Source: an uncultured virus (IMG/VR IMGVR_UViG_3300037067_005627) (taxonomy: Duplodnaviria > Heunggongvirae > Uroviricota > Caudoviricetes). From it: DNA of 64,000 bases. This document shows positions 55,064 to 63,777 of the stretch, one piece after another (the first letter of the stretch is position 1; the number at the start of each line of letters is the position of its first letter). The notes under the pieces were generated by a model that made no database searches, had not been told where the DNA came from, and saw only the letters and a program-made list of their open reading frames with translations. The DNA lies in the IMG/VR virus record IMGVR_UViG_3300037067_005627. The stretch is one strand, 5' to 3'. The translations under genes were made by a program, and so were the position numbers.

Positions 55064-56125
55064 ATGAAACGAAATCTTGTTAGTAGTGGAGCAAGAATAA
55101 ACAGGGGAACATTGGATGCCAAATTAGGTATCCTCAAAGTTGCTTTAACTTCTAACGTAGCAGTTGAACAAGCCGGTTATCTGGTTATGGGAGGGCACTA
55201 TATATCAGCCTTTGATGGAGAGGTAGGGGTGAATGTTCATCTCCCTGAGAATCTCCCTTCGGCGTGCGTAAGTGCAAAACCTTTTACCGAGTTGGTTAAA
55301 AAGGGCGGTGATTCTACAGTGGAGTTAGAGTTGCAGGAGAACAACTTGCACTTCAAATGCGGCCGAACAAAAGCGGCTCTCCCTACCAAAGAACTCAATG
55401 CGCCCCTGAGTCCTGAAGAGATAGAGGGGCTCGAATGGTTTCCTATCCCCAAAGATTTTATAATGGGGTTGACATTGTGTGCGGAATCTGCGGCAACAGA
55501 TATTAGCCGAGGGGTTCTGACTTGCGTTATGTGTGAGCGATCGGCATTGACCGGATGTGATTCATATAGGCTGATGCGGTTCGAGTTGGAAGAGGCGCTT
55601 CCTGATGAAGTTGAATCCCCGCTGTTCATCCCTGCAAGTAAGGTGCAAGCGATTTCAAAGCACGAAGTCGTGTCGTTCGCAGTAGGGCATGGGATGATTC
55701 ACTTCTCTAATGCCGAGAAGGATTATCTCAGTGTGTCATTGTTGAGCGGCAACTACCCATCCATAAAGAGAGTCATTGATGATGCCAAAGGGGGTGAACC
55801 GATCACAGTTCCTGCCCCAAGATTGTTTGATGCCCTTATGAGGATAGAACCTTTGGCATCCGAGTCTTCAATCGGAAAAGAAGTTGAGCTATCTTTCGAT
55901 GGGGACATCTTGCTCTGCAAAGTGGCAAGCGATTCAGGATGGGCGAGTGAAAGTGTGAAGGGGTGCGAGAACCCAACAGGGGAAGCCTTGAAATTCAGGA
56001 TGCACATTCACCATCTTAAAACTATTCTTGGCATGGGAGTTAGTGGGTCGATTGTCAATAGCAAGGGCACACTCTTATTCCAAGAACATAGGGTGTCGTA
56101 TGTAGCCTGTAAAATATCTGATTAG
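55064..56125 (+). CDS. dnaN: DNA polymerase III beta sliding clamp-like protein
   Basis: 353 aa, three-domain clamp pattern; SRGVLT.V, GCDSYRL and LLSGNYP. Confidence 0.8.
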   Translation: MKRNLVSSGARINRGTLDAKLGILKVALTSNVAVEQAGYLVMGGHYISAFDGEVGVNVHLPENLPSACVSAKPFTELVKKGGDSTVELELQENNLHFKCGRTKAALPTKELNAPLSPEEIEGLEWFPIPKDFIMGLTLCAESAATDISRGVLTCVMCERSALTGCDSYRLMRFELEEALPDEVESPLFIPASKVQAISKHEVVSFAVGHGMIHFSNAEKDYLSVSLLSGNYPSIKRVIDDAKGGEPITVPAPRLFDALMRIEPLASESSIGKEVELSFDGDILLCKVASDSGWASESVKGCENPTGEALKFRMHIHHLKTILGMGVSGSIVNSKGTLLFQEHRVSYVACKISD

Positions 56126-56136
56126 GAGGGCGGAAG

Positions 56137-56784
56137 ATGTGGTTAACAAAACCACGTTTTGTTATCGAGCAAATTATGGGAATTGATAGCGACCCTTTGT
56201 TCCTTATTGAAGCCGCAGGAAGAACTTGTTACAAATCAGAAGGGAAATCAAGACCTGGTAGTGCTGCGAATTTTGTCAAGTCGCTTCGAGATAGGGGCCA
56301 TGAATCAGTCATTGAACATTCAGCAATGACAGTTCGCTTTATAATTGACAGAGGGGTATCGCATGAATTAGTTAGGCATCGTTTATGCGCCTTTAGTCAA
56401 GAGAGCACCAGATATTGCAACTATGGTGGCGGGGTGACATTTATACTTCCGCCTTGGGTAAACATTCCGCCTGGCGAATATCTGAAAAGGATTAGTATTC
56501 GTTCGTCTTTAGCCGACGATATATGGTTTCAACATATGTTTAACACAGGACAGGAATACACCGCTTTACTCCAAGCAGGTTGGTCTCCACAAGAAGCCAG
56601 ATCTATACTCCCTAATTCGCTCAAGACCGAGATTGTTGTCACGGCGAACTTCAGAGAGTGGAGGCACATCTTTAAGCTGAGATGCAGTACCGCCGCACAT
56701 CCCCAAATGCGAGAAGTTATGATCCCTTTATTGGGTACGGTTCGTAACCAAATCCCTGTAGTCTTTGACGACATTCCTTACTAG
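56137..56784 (+). CDS. thyX: Flavin-dependent thymidylate synthase
   Basis: GHESV.EH, RHR...SQESTRY, ARS.LP, NFREW and AH.QMR. Confidence 0.95.
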   Translation: MWLTKPRFVIEQIMGIDSDPLFLIEAAGRTCYKSEGKSRPGSAANFVKSLRDRGHESVIEHSAMTVRFIIDRGVSHELVRHRLCAFSQESTRYCNYGGGVTFILPPWVNIPPGEYLKRISIRSSLADDIWFQHMFNTGQEYTALLQAGWSPQEARSILPNSLKTEIVVTANFREWRHIFKLRCSTAAHPQMREVMIPLLGTVRNQIPVVFDDIPY

Positions 56785-56794
56785 GAGCGAACAC

Positions 56795-59700
56795 ATGCTG
56801 AATCAGAACTTTGCCCACCTTCACGTTCATAACGAATATAGCCTTCTCGATGGTCTAGGAAAAGCAGAAGAGTATGTTGCAAGAGCAAAGGAGTTAGGGT
56901 TTTATTATCTTGCGCTTACTAATCATGGGAATATAGATGGGCTCATATCTTTTCAGAAAGCTTGCAGGAAGCAGAAGATAACCCCTGTCTTTGGGTGCGA
57001 ACTTTATATTTGCTCAGGGAAAGCCTCTAGTAAAGAGGGGCGTCATAACTACCATATCACTACCCTTATTAGGAATCAGGCAGGATGGAATACCCTGTGT
57101 CGCATGTTGTCATTTGCTAACCTGGAAGGGTTTTACTATCGTCCCAGGATTGGCATAGAAGACCTATTAGAGTTCGATCTATCCGGGCTCATCATCATGA
57201 CAGGTTGCGCCAACTCTGTCCTTATGTGCGAAGGGGGAATTGAACTCATCCAAGCCATTCAAGAGCAATACGAGAATGTCTTTCTAGAAATAATGCCTCA
57301 TCAAACTCCTGAACAAAGGGAGCACTACCAAGTAATCAAGCCCTTGATCAAAACCTTCCCTGTAGTAGCCACTAATGATTGTCATTATGTTATGGAAGGG
57401 GATTCGCTTCCACAAGAAGTCTTGCTTGCAGTTCAACGCTCTGCAAAGTGGAGTGACCCTAAGCGTTTTAAGTTCGACATCAAAGGGCTTCACTTAAGAT
57501 CGGCGGAAGAAATGGTTGACGCTTTTCAAGAGCAAGACTTTTATCCCGAAGAAACTTGGAGACTAGCACTATCTAATACGGTTAGAGTTGCTAAGATGTG
57601 CGGCCCTTTTCAAATCAGAAAGAGGCAAATCAATCTCCCAACAGTTCCAAAGCATGAAGGCAAAGACCCAGACTTGTTGCTTACCAAGTTGTGTTATGAT
57701 GGGCTATTCAGTGTGAGAGATCGGAACCTGATTAATGAAGTAGAGCTAGAAGAATACAAGGAAAGGATGGTGACAGAGCTCGACCTTATCAAGGGCAAAG
57801 GATTCTCTAACTACTTCTTGATTGTAAGGGAGTTGCTTGATTGGTGCAAAGAGACAGGGATAATGTATGGCCCTGGGCGTGGAAGTGTTGGTGGTTCAAT
57901 GGTAGCATATCTATTAGGCATAACAAATATCGACCCTATCAAGTTTAATCTCCTGTTCGATAGATTCATCAATAAAGATAGAATCGACTATCCTGACATT
58001 GATTTGGACTTCGAGGACATATACAGGGAGAGAGTTAGGAAACACCTGGAAGAGACTTATGGAGAGAATAATGTGGCAGGACTTTCCACCTTCCTTGAAA
58101 TGAAAGGGCGTATGGTTATAAGGGATGTCGGAAGGGTGTTTGACTTGCCATCTTATGAGATTGATGCTTTTGCAAAATCTCTATGGAGTAAGGATGATAA
58201 TGCGAAGATTCTAGGGGAAGCAAGAACAGGAGAAGGGAGAGCGTTAGCAGACGAACATCCTGAAGAGTATGCTGTTGCAGAGAGACTTGAGCAACAGATC
58301 AGGGGTGTCGGTCAACATGCAGCAGCAGTCATTGTTTCCAGGGATGATCTCACTGAAACAAATAGGGGGCACCTTTGTAAAAGGAATGACCACCTTGTTA
58401 TGAATTGGGATATGGGCGATGCTGAATATATGGGCCTTATGAAGCTAGATATTCTAGGCCTGGCAACTCTAACTGTGCTGAATGAATGTAGCAGATTAGT
58501 AGGCGGCATAGATTTCAATTCGATCCCCTTAGATGATGGGGAAGTGCTTGCGTCTATAACAGCAGATAATCTCGCAGGTCTATTCCAACTATCAGGAAAG
58601 GCAACTGCTGATCTGCTTAACCATATAAAGATCAAGAGCTTTAATGACATTGTAATCATCATCACAGCATCGAGACCAGGGCCTGCTGATTCAGGAATGA
58701 CTGCCGAATATATCAAGAGAAGGGGCGGGGGAGGGATTAGGAAAGAGCATCCTCTCTACCAGGAAGCAACAAAGGAAACGCTAGGGGTCGTCCTATTCCA
58801 AGAACAGATGATGGCTATAATGAACAAGGTTGCAGGGTTATCATATTCAACAGCTGACAATATCAGGAAAGTTATTGGGAAGAAGAGGGACAAGAAGGAG
58901 TTTGAGCCATATAGACAGGGATTCATAAGTGGGTGTCTTAGGAACAAAACAATGTCGGGAAGAGAAGCAAGCCTTTTTTGGGAAGGGCTGTTAGAATGGG
59001 CACGCTACGGATTTCCTAAAGCCCACGCTGTAGGATATGCGATGTTAGGATATTGGACAGCCTATTGCAAAGTTCGGTATCCCAAAGAATTTATATGTGC
59101 TGCTCTTGCTTACGGCAAAGATAAAGAAGGATACAAGGCTGACCTAGTTAAGTATGCAATAAAGGTGGGGCTTACAGTATCTCCGCCCAAAGTTGGGAAG
59201 TCCGATTCAATCAAGTGGACGGCAATAGATGCCGTCCTATACGCCCCTTTCATTGAGATTAAAGGGATAGGTGAGAAGACAGCGTTAGAGTTGTCTCAAC
59301 GGAAGGAGGTTCAACTCGGTTTCTTTTCACGCCCTGAAATGGAAAAGCTCGCCGCAACAAAGGGAAACACTAAGACCTCCGCCCTTCTATCAAAGGTGGG
59401 GGCATATGGGGATGACATTCCAGAAGGGGCGCAAGAATATTTCTCTTTCCCAATTTCGGTTAAGGATAGCAAATGGAAATGGTTGCCACTCGAAGGGGAT
59501 AGGTTGCGTTTTCCCAAAGGGTTGATCACATCCAAGCACTATCGTGATCTCCATGTCTTAGCATGTACGAAATGTAATCTGGCTAAGGAATGTTCCAAAC
59601 CAGTCCTGACTTCTATAGGGCAGACCAATACAGTTATATTGGGTGAAGGGCCAGGGAAGAATGAGGACGCAGAAGGGCTCCCTTTTGTGGGGGATAGCGG

Positions 59701-60085
59701 GGAAGTTTTATGGGAGAGCTTGAATAGGCTAGGATATAAGCGAGAGTTCTTCCACATCATGAACGTAGTAAGGTGTTGGCCTTCTGAAAGCAAAACCCCT
59801 AGTCAAGAACAGATAGGGATTTGTTTCCCCTGGACAGCCTACGAACTCAGACAGATAGACTGCAAACTTATTCTGGCGTTAGGGAATACCCCATTAGTAG
59901 CCTTGACTGACAAACCAGGGATAACAAAGAAGACGGGCACAACTGAGTGGGTAGAGAGGGTTGGGGCATGGGTGTGCTGGTGCGTCCACCCATCGTGGGT
60001 TTTAAGAGGCAATGACCAGGATATTTTTGATAAAGGCATAGATAATTTTGTCAAACGGTTACGATTTTTAAGACGAAATAAGTAA
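56795..60085 (+). CDS. dnaE: DNA polymerase III alpha subunit fused to a C-terminal family-4 uracil-DNA glycosylase domain
   Basis: HLHVH.EYS.LDG, GRGS.GGS, PDID.D, K.D.LGL and YGF.KAHA; then CTKC.L, GEGPG..E...G.PFVG, NVVRC and HPS. Confidence 0.95.
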   Translation: MLNQNFAHLHVHNEYSLLDGLGKAEEYVARAKELGFYYLALTNHGNIDGLISFQKACRKQKITPVFGCELYICSGKASSKEGRHNYHITTLIRNQAGWNTLCRMLSFANLEGFYYRPRIGIEDLLEFDLSGLIIMTGCANSVLMCEGGIELIQAIQEQYENVFLEIMPHQTPEQREHYQVIKPLIKTFPVVATNDCHYVMEGDSLPQEVLLAVQRSAKWSDPKRFKFDIKGLHLRSAEEMVDAFQEQDFYPEETWRLALSNTVRVAKMCGPFQIRKRQINLPTVPKHEGKDPDLLLTKLCYDGLFSVRDRNLINEVELEEYKERMVTELDLIKGKGFSNYFLIVRELLDWCKETGIMYGPGRGSVGGSMVAYLLGITNIDPIKFNLLFDRFINKDRIDYPDIDLDFEDIYRERVRKHLEETYGENNVAGLSTFLEMKGRMVIRDVGRVFDLPSYEIDAFAKSLWSKDDNAKILGEARTGEGRALADEHPEEYAVAERLEQQIRGVGQHAAAVIVSRDDLTETNRGHLCKRNDHLVMNWDMGDAEYMGLMKLDILGLATLTVLNECSRLVGGIDFNSIPLDDGEVLASITADNLAGLFQLSGKATADLLNHIKIKSFNDIVIIITASRPGPADSGMTAEYIKRRGGGGIRKEHPLYQEATKETLGVVLFQEQMMAIMNKVAGLSYSTADNIRKVIGKKRDKKEFEPYRQGFISGCLRNKTMSGREASLFWEGLLEWARYGFPKAHAVGYAMLGYWTAYCKVRYPKEFICAALAYGKDKEGYKADLVKYAIKVGLTVSPPKVGKSDSIKWTAIDAVLYAPFIEIKGIGEKTALELSQRKEVQLGFFSRPEMEKLAATKGNTKTSALLSKVGAYGDDIPEGAQEYFSFPISVKDSKWKWLPLEGDRLRFPKGLITSKHYRDLHVLACTKCNLAKECSKPVLTSIGQTNTVILGEGPGKNEDAEGLPFVGDSGEVLWESLNRLGYKREFFHIMNVVRCWPSESKTPSQEQIGICFPWTAYELRQIDCKLILALGNTPLVALTDKPGITKKTGTTEWVERVGAWVCWCVHPSWVLRGNDQDIFDKGIDNFVKRLRFLRRNK

Positions 60086-60099
60086 TGAATTAAAAGGGT

Positions 60100-60128
60100 T
60101 TGACGTTTTTGTGTTATTCGTTTATAAT
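60100..60128 (+). promoter_or_regulatory. Sigma70-type promoter
   Basis: TTGACG-17-TATAAT. Confidence 0.85.
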
Positions 60129-60133
60129 TATTT

Positions 60134-60274
60134 TTCGTTCTGAGTCGGGGTGAGCTTATCATTATGAATAGGAAAAAGGCTGTTGATTTCCTGTCCCTTT
60201 GCAGTAGGGATATATTGATGGGTTAGCAGACAAAACCACCTTGTTCCTTTGGAACTTAACTGGCTCAGAACGAA
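60134..60274 (+). ncRNA. Candidate ~140-nt structured RNA or leader
   Basis: 15-bp closing stem 60134-60148/60260-60274 starting at the predicted TSS, with nested inner stems. Confidence 0.55.
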
Positions 60275-60347
60275 TCTTATAATAAGGCAGGAATAGAATA
60301 TGAGGAACAAGAAGAGCAGATGAAGGCTGAGAGGAAGGAGGGGAAAT

Positions 60348-60581
60348 ATGAGAGGAACAGTGGCAAAAAGAATCCGGTCTTTGGCTCGGAAGATGGCGGC
60401 GAGAAACCCTACCGAGTATAAGATCAGGTGGTTCGAGAGACTGCTTGGCAAGTCTGGCCCTGATGGAAGGCCGGCCAGGGAAATGGTTGGGACAGTATTC
60501 TGCACTGGCTATCGCCGGGTCTATCAAGATACAAAGCGGGAAATCAAAGAGCTTAGGAGAGCGAATGGAAGAGTTCATTAA
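60348..60581 (+). CDS. Small basic hypothetical protein
   Basis: AAGGAGG RBS; MRG..AKRIR...YRR.YQ..K. Confidence 0.7.
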   Translation: MRGTVAKRIRSLARKMAARNPTEYKIRWFERLLGKSGPDGRPAREMVGTVFCTGYRRVYQDTKREIKELRRANGRVH

Positions 60582-60801
60582 GATTGAAAGTGGCATAGAG
60601 ATTCCCCCACGAGGGCGCCCTGCTATCTATCCCTGGCGAAAGATGGAAGTGGGTGATAGTTTCGAGGTAGAAACGACTAACAAAACACGAAGGGGGCTCT
60701 ACTGTCTCGCTCATAGGGTGGGGATAAAGATTACGGCGAGATCAACAAAGATTTGGAGTGACCCTCTCTTGTTCAAGACAAGGGTGTGGAGAATAGCATG
60801 A
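60565..60801 (+). CDS. Small putative DNA-binding protein
   Basis: IE.GI.IP.....YPW..MEVGDSF...RVWR motif; AGGAG RBS. Confidence 0.7.
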   Translation: MEEFIKIESGIEIPPRGRPAIYPWRKMEVGDSFEVETTNKTRRGLYCLAHRVGIKITARSTKIWSDPLLFKTRVWRIA

Positions 60802-61007
60802 AGCGGATACACAAGGTCGCATGTAATATATGTGGCAACCTCGAAAGGAATAAGATAACAGGAGAGGCAGTCTCCCACCCTCAAAATATTGCTACTGTTA
60901 TTTGTGGCGACTGTATCATGAAGGCCCTGACAGGAGGCAAGAAAGTAAAGAGCAGGCCAATCCTAAGAAGGACAAAGGATAAACCTGTTTTCAAAAGGAG
61001 GAAGTAG
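60798..61007 (+). CDS. Small zinc-finger protein
   Basis: CNICG...CGDC; ATGA coupling. Confidence 0.7.
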   Translation: MKRIHKVACNICGNLERNKITGEAVSHPQNIATVICGDCIMKALTGGKKVKSRPILRRTKDKPVFKRRK

Positions 61008-61008
61008 A

Positions 61009-61944
61009 GTGACGCTTTATCTTGATTATCGCCCTGATTCCTGGGAAAACTTTTATGGAAACGAAACTACGCTAAGCGCATTGACTGCGATGTTTAAGAA
61101 GCCTCTCAAAAGGGAGAGCATCCCCCACGCATTTATGTTCTATGGGCCTACTGGCTGTGGAAAGACAACGCTTGCAAGAATCATAGCATTCAAACTTGGT
61201 TGCGACCCTCTGGATTTTATGGAGATCAATGCCTCTAATAACAGGGGAATTGACACAGCAAGAGAGATCATCCAAATCGCAGGGACTATGCCTATGAATG
61301 GTTTAAGCAGAGTCTTCCTCCTTGATGAAGTTCATATGGCAACCAAAGAGTTTCAGAATGCCTTACTCAAACCATTGGAAGACACTCCCCCGCATGCCTA
61401 CTTCATCCTCTGCACTACTGCGCCAGAAGGCATCATAGTGGCTATCAAGAATCGGTGCCATCACTTCAAAGTAGAGCCCCTTTCTCAAGGACAACTTGGG
61501 GCATTAATTACAGGGGTGGCTGAAGCTGAAGGGCAAGAACTTGAAGAAGACGTTACTTTCCAAATCATCTCTGCTTCAGAAGGTTCTCCAAGACAAGCCC
61601 TTATCATCTTAGAGAAGGTGCTATCCCTCCCTGAATCTGAGCGGTTAGTTGCGGCTGAGTTTGAATCGCCAGAGAATGCTCAAACCATCGAACTATGCAG
61701 GGCATTAATCAAGAGAGCGCAATGGAAAGAAATTGCGAAACTTTTGAAAGGCATACAAGATGAACCAGAGAAAGTAAGGAGAGCTGTGTTAGGGTATTTT
61801 AATACGGTACTTCTTGGGAGTTGGGGGGCTCAAGCAGACTATGCCGCATTAGTGATAGAGTTATTCGCCAAGGGGACGTTCATGTATTCAGGGAAGGCGG
61901 GGCTAACTCATGCGTGTTATATGGCTGCGACCGTAGGGGGGTGA
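61009..61944 (+). CDS. dnaX: Clamp loader, DNA polymerase III gamma/tau-like
   Basis: YRP, GPTGCGKTT, DEVH, NALLK.LE, NRC and GSPRQA. Confidence 0.9.
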   Translation: MTLYLDYRPDSWENFYGNETTLSALTAMFKKPLKRESIPHAFMFYGPTGCGKTTLARIIAFKLGCDPLDFMEINASNNRGIDTAREIIQIAGTMPMNGLSRVFLLDEVHMATKEFQNALLKPLEDTPPHAYFILCTTAPEGIIVAIKNRCHHFKVEPLSQGQLGALITGVAEAEGQELEEDVTFQIISASEGSPRQALIILEKVLSLPESERLVAAEFESPENAQTIELCRALIKRAQWKEIAKLLKGIQDEPEKVRRAVLGYFNTVLLGSWGAQADYAALVIELFAKGTFMYSGKAGLTHACYMAATVGG

Positions 61945-61945
61945 C

Positions 61946-62137
61946 ATGGGCTGGGAAATCTTAGAAAAGATAAGGTGGTTCAGCCAAGGAGAAATAATGG
62001 GGTGGTTATTAACGATTTGCCTCTTGTTCTTTTTGGGCACATTTCTTTGGAGCTTTTATCTTTGGGTTTTAGAAAAAGTAGCACTCACGTTTCCTAAGTG
62101 GAAAGGGTTATACCGATGGATTATCAAAAAGATTTAG
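61946..62137 (+). CDS. Small membrane protein
   Basis: Single hydrophobic segment. Confidence 0.5.
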   Translation: MGWEILEKIRWFSQGEIMGWLLTICLLFFLGTFLWSFYLWVLEKVALTFPKWKGLYRWIIKKI

Positions 62138-62598
62138 CTATAGACCCACATAACTTAGCGGAAGAATGGCTTAATCAACCCGTCCTCTTTATGCGCTACA
62201 GTGAAGAGTTGGCTAATGTTAGGAAGAGGCTCTCCTTTCAGGAAGAGAAGGTAAAGATTGTAAGGAGTCGCCTTATTAAAGAAGCCGCAGACAAAGCGGA
62301 AGGGGGAAAGTCTGCTGATCTTAGAGAGGCGTACTATCGCACACACAAAGACCACATCGAAGCCAAAGACAAGCAGGCAGAGTTAGAGTTTGAAGCCAAC
62401 CTCCTTGAGTCTGCTGTCTTCGCGTTTAACCAGAGGAAAGTAGCATTAGAAAATCTTGTGAAATTATTTATCGCCCAATACTTTGCAGGGCCAAGGGAAC
62501 CGCAAACTTTGCCGGAAGGCAAAAGGTTTTCGCCAGAAGTAGAGCGGGCAGATAAGGTCTCCAACACAATCAGGAAAACTTTGCAAAGAAGGCGATAA
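62116..62598 (+). CDS. UvsY-like recombination mediator
   Basis: DL.ID...L..E...QP..F..Y and AF.QR...L; adjacent to SSB and RecA. Confidence 0.7.
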   Translation: MDYQKDLAIDPHNLAEEWLNQPVLFMRYSEELANVRKRLSFQEEKVKIVRSRLIKEAADKAEGGKSADLREAYYRTHKDHIEAKDKQAELEFEANLLESAVFAFNQRKVALENLVKLFIAQYFAGPREPQTLPEGKRFSPEVERADKVSNTIRKTLQRRR

Positions 62599-62768
62599 TG
62601 GAAAGCGTCCTTTACATATTGTACTTCATTATTTTTTTGGTCGCCCTATACATAACAATAAGGGTAGGAGTTAGGGCTATAATCGTATCTTTGAAGGAGG
62701 GGTTTTTAGATGCTAAACAAGAGAGAAACAAGAGGAAGCGGACTGTCGGATCAGGAAAAGAAACTTAG
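62598..62768 (+). CDS. Small membrane protein (56 aa, not in the ORF track)
   Basis: TAATG coupling; MESVLYILYFIIFLVALYITI. Confidence 0.45.
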   Translation: MESVLYILYFIIFLVALYITIRVGVRAIIVSLKEGFLDAKQERNKRKRTVGSGKET

Positions 62769-63777
62769 GGAGAGGATTGCAAGAGGGCAGAGGGATGTCG
62801 GCAAGAGAGGTCTAGGGCGTGCTTCAGTCCTAGACCTTACTGCTTACAGTCCAAGTTTTTATAAGGCTGTAGGTGGAAAGAATAAAAACCTTTTTGATAT
62901 TATTCCATTCAAGGTTTCACAGCCTTGGTATCCCAAGCTCCGCACCCACGCAGGGAATGTTGTCGGGCTACAAATTGGTGATCTGGATTACAAACTGGAA
63001 GTCCCTGTGCATAGAAGCGTGGGGGAGAACAATGGCGCCTTTCTTTGTCTAAGAGAGGCGTTTGGGAAGCCTTGCATCATCTGTGAAGAAAGGTTCAAGG
63101 AATTTGAAAAGGGCAAAGGGGATAGGGATGACGCCCTTATTAAATCCCTGAATGCTTCATGGCGTTGCTTTTACAACATCTATGACTACAACGATGAGAA
63201 GGAAGAGATCAAGATTTTTGAAGTGTCATACAAGATGTTTGAAGAGCAACTACTCGCCGAAACTGAGCCGGAAGACGAAAGGGTTGAACCTATCGCCTTT
63301 TCTTCTCTGGCGCATGGAATGACTATCGAGTGGAAGGGGAAAGAGAAGTCGTTAGGCAAGAGTACATTCATAGAGGCGGTCTCTTTCGAGTTCCGTGAGC
63401 GCGACCCGTACAGTGAAGAAGTGGTTGAGGAAGTGTATCCTCTTGACAAGATGCTTATCATTCCGACCTATGAGATAGTCCAAGCGGCATACTTCGGCAT
63501 TGTCGAAGGTGAAGAAGAGGAAGAACCAGTAAGAGAGAAAAAGGCTATCAGTGGAAGAAGATTGCCAGGAAGGGCTACGAAACAAGAAGAGGAAGAAGTC
63601 GAAGAGGAAAGTGAATGTCCAGCAGGAATGGAGTTTGGCAAAGACTTTAACGAATCCAGTGATTGCATGGAGTGCGAAGAGGATACAATGAGGCGGTGCA
63701 TGGAAGCCTCAGAAACGGAAGCCGGATACGAAAGGAACATGAAGAAGCCGGAAAAACTTAGGAGGTTTAGGAGATGA
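62710..63777 (+). CDS. T4 gp32-like single-stranded DNA-binding protein
   Basis: H...C......C.IC zinc site, YNIYD, acidic tail; position next to UvsY. Confidence 0.75.
   Translation: MLNKRETRGSGLSDQEKKLRERIARGQRDVGKRGLGRASVLDLTAYSPSFYKAVGGKNKNLFDIIPFKVSQPWYPKLRTHAGNVVGLQIGDLDYKLEVPVHRSVGENNGAFLCLREAFGKPCIICEERFKEFEKGKGDRDDALIKSLNASWRCFYNIYDYNDEKEEIKIFEVSYKMFEEQLLAETEPEDERVEPIAFSSLAHGMTIEWKGKEKSLGKSTFIEAVSFEFRERDPYSEEVVEEVYPLDKMLIIPTYEIVQAAYFGIVEGEEEEEPVREKKAISGRRLPGRATKQEEEEVEEESECPAGMEFGKDFNESSDCMECEEDTMRRCMEASETEAGYERNMKKPEKLRRFRR

Noticed and set aside
49241..60085. Inteins in the helicase or DnaE
   Set aside because: No C...HN splice junctions or homing endonuclease motifs; the extra segments are a Cys insert and a UDG domain
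39638..63777. Twin-arginine (Tat) export signals in the RR-containing termini
   Set aside because: No hydrophobic h-region follows, and many of the motifs are C-terminal
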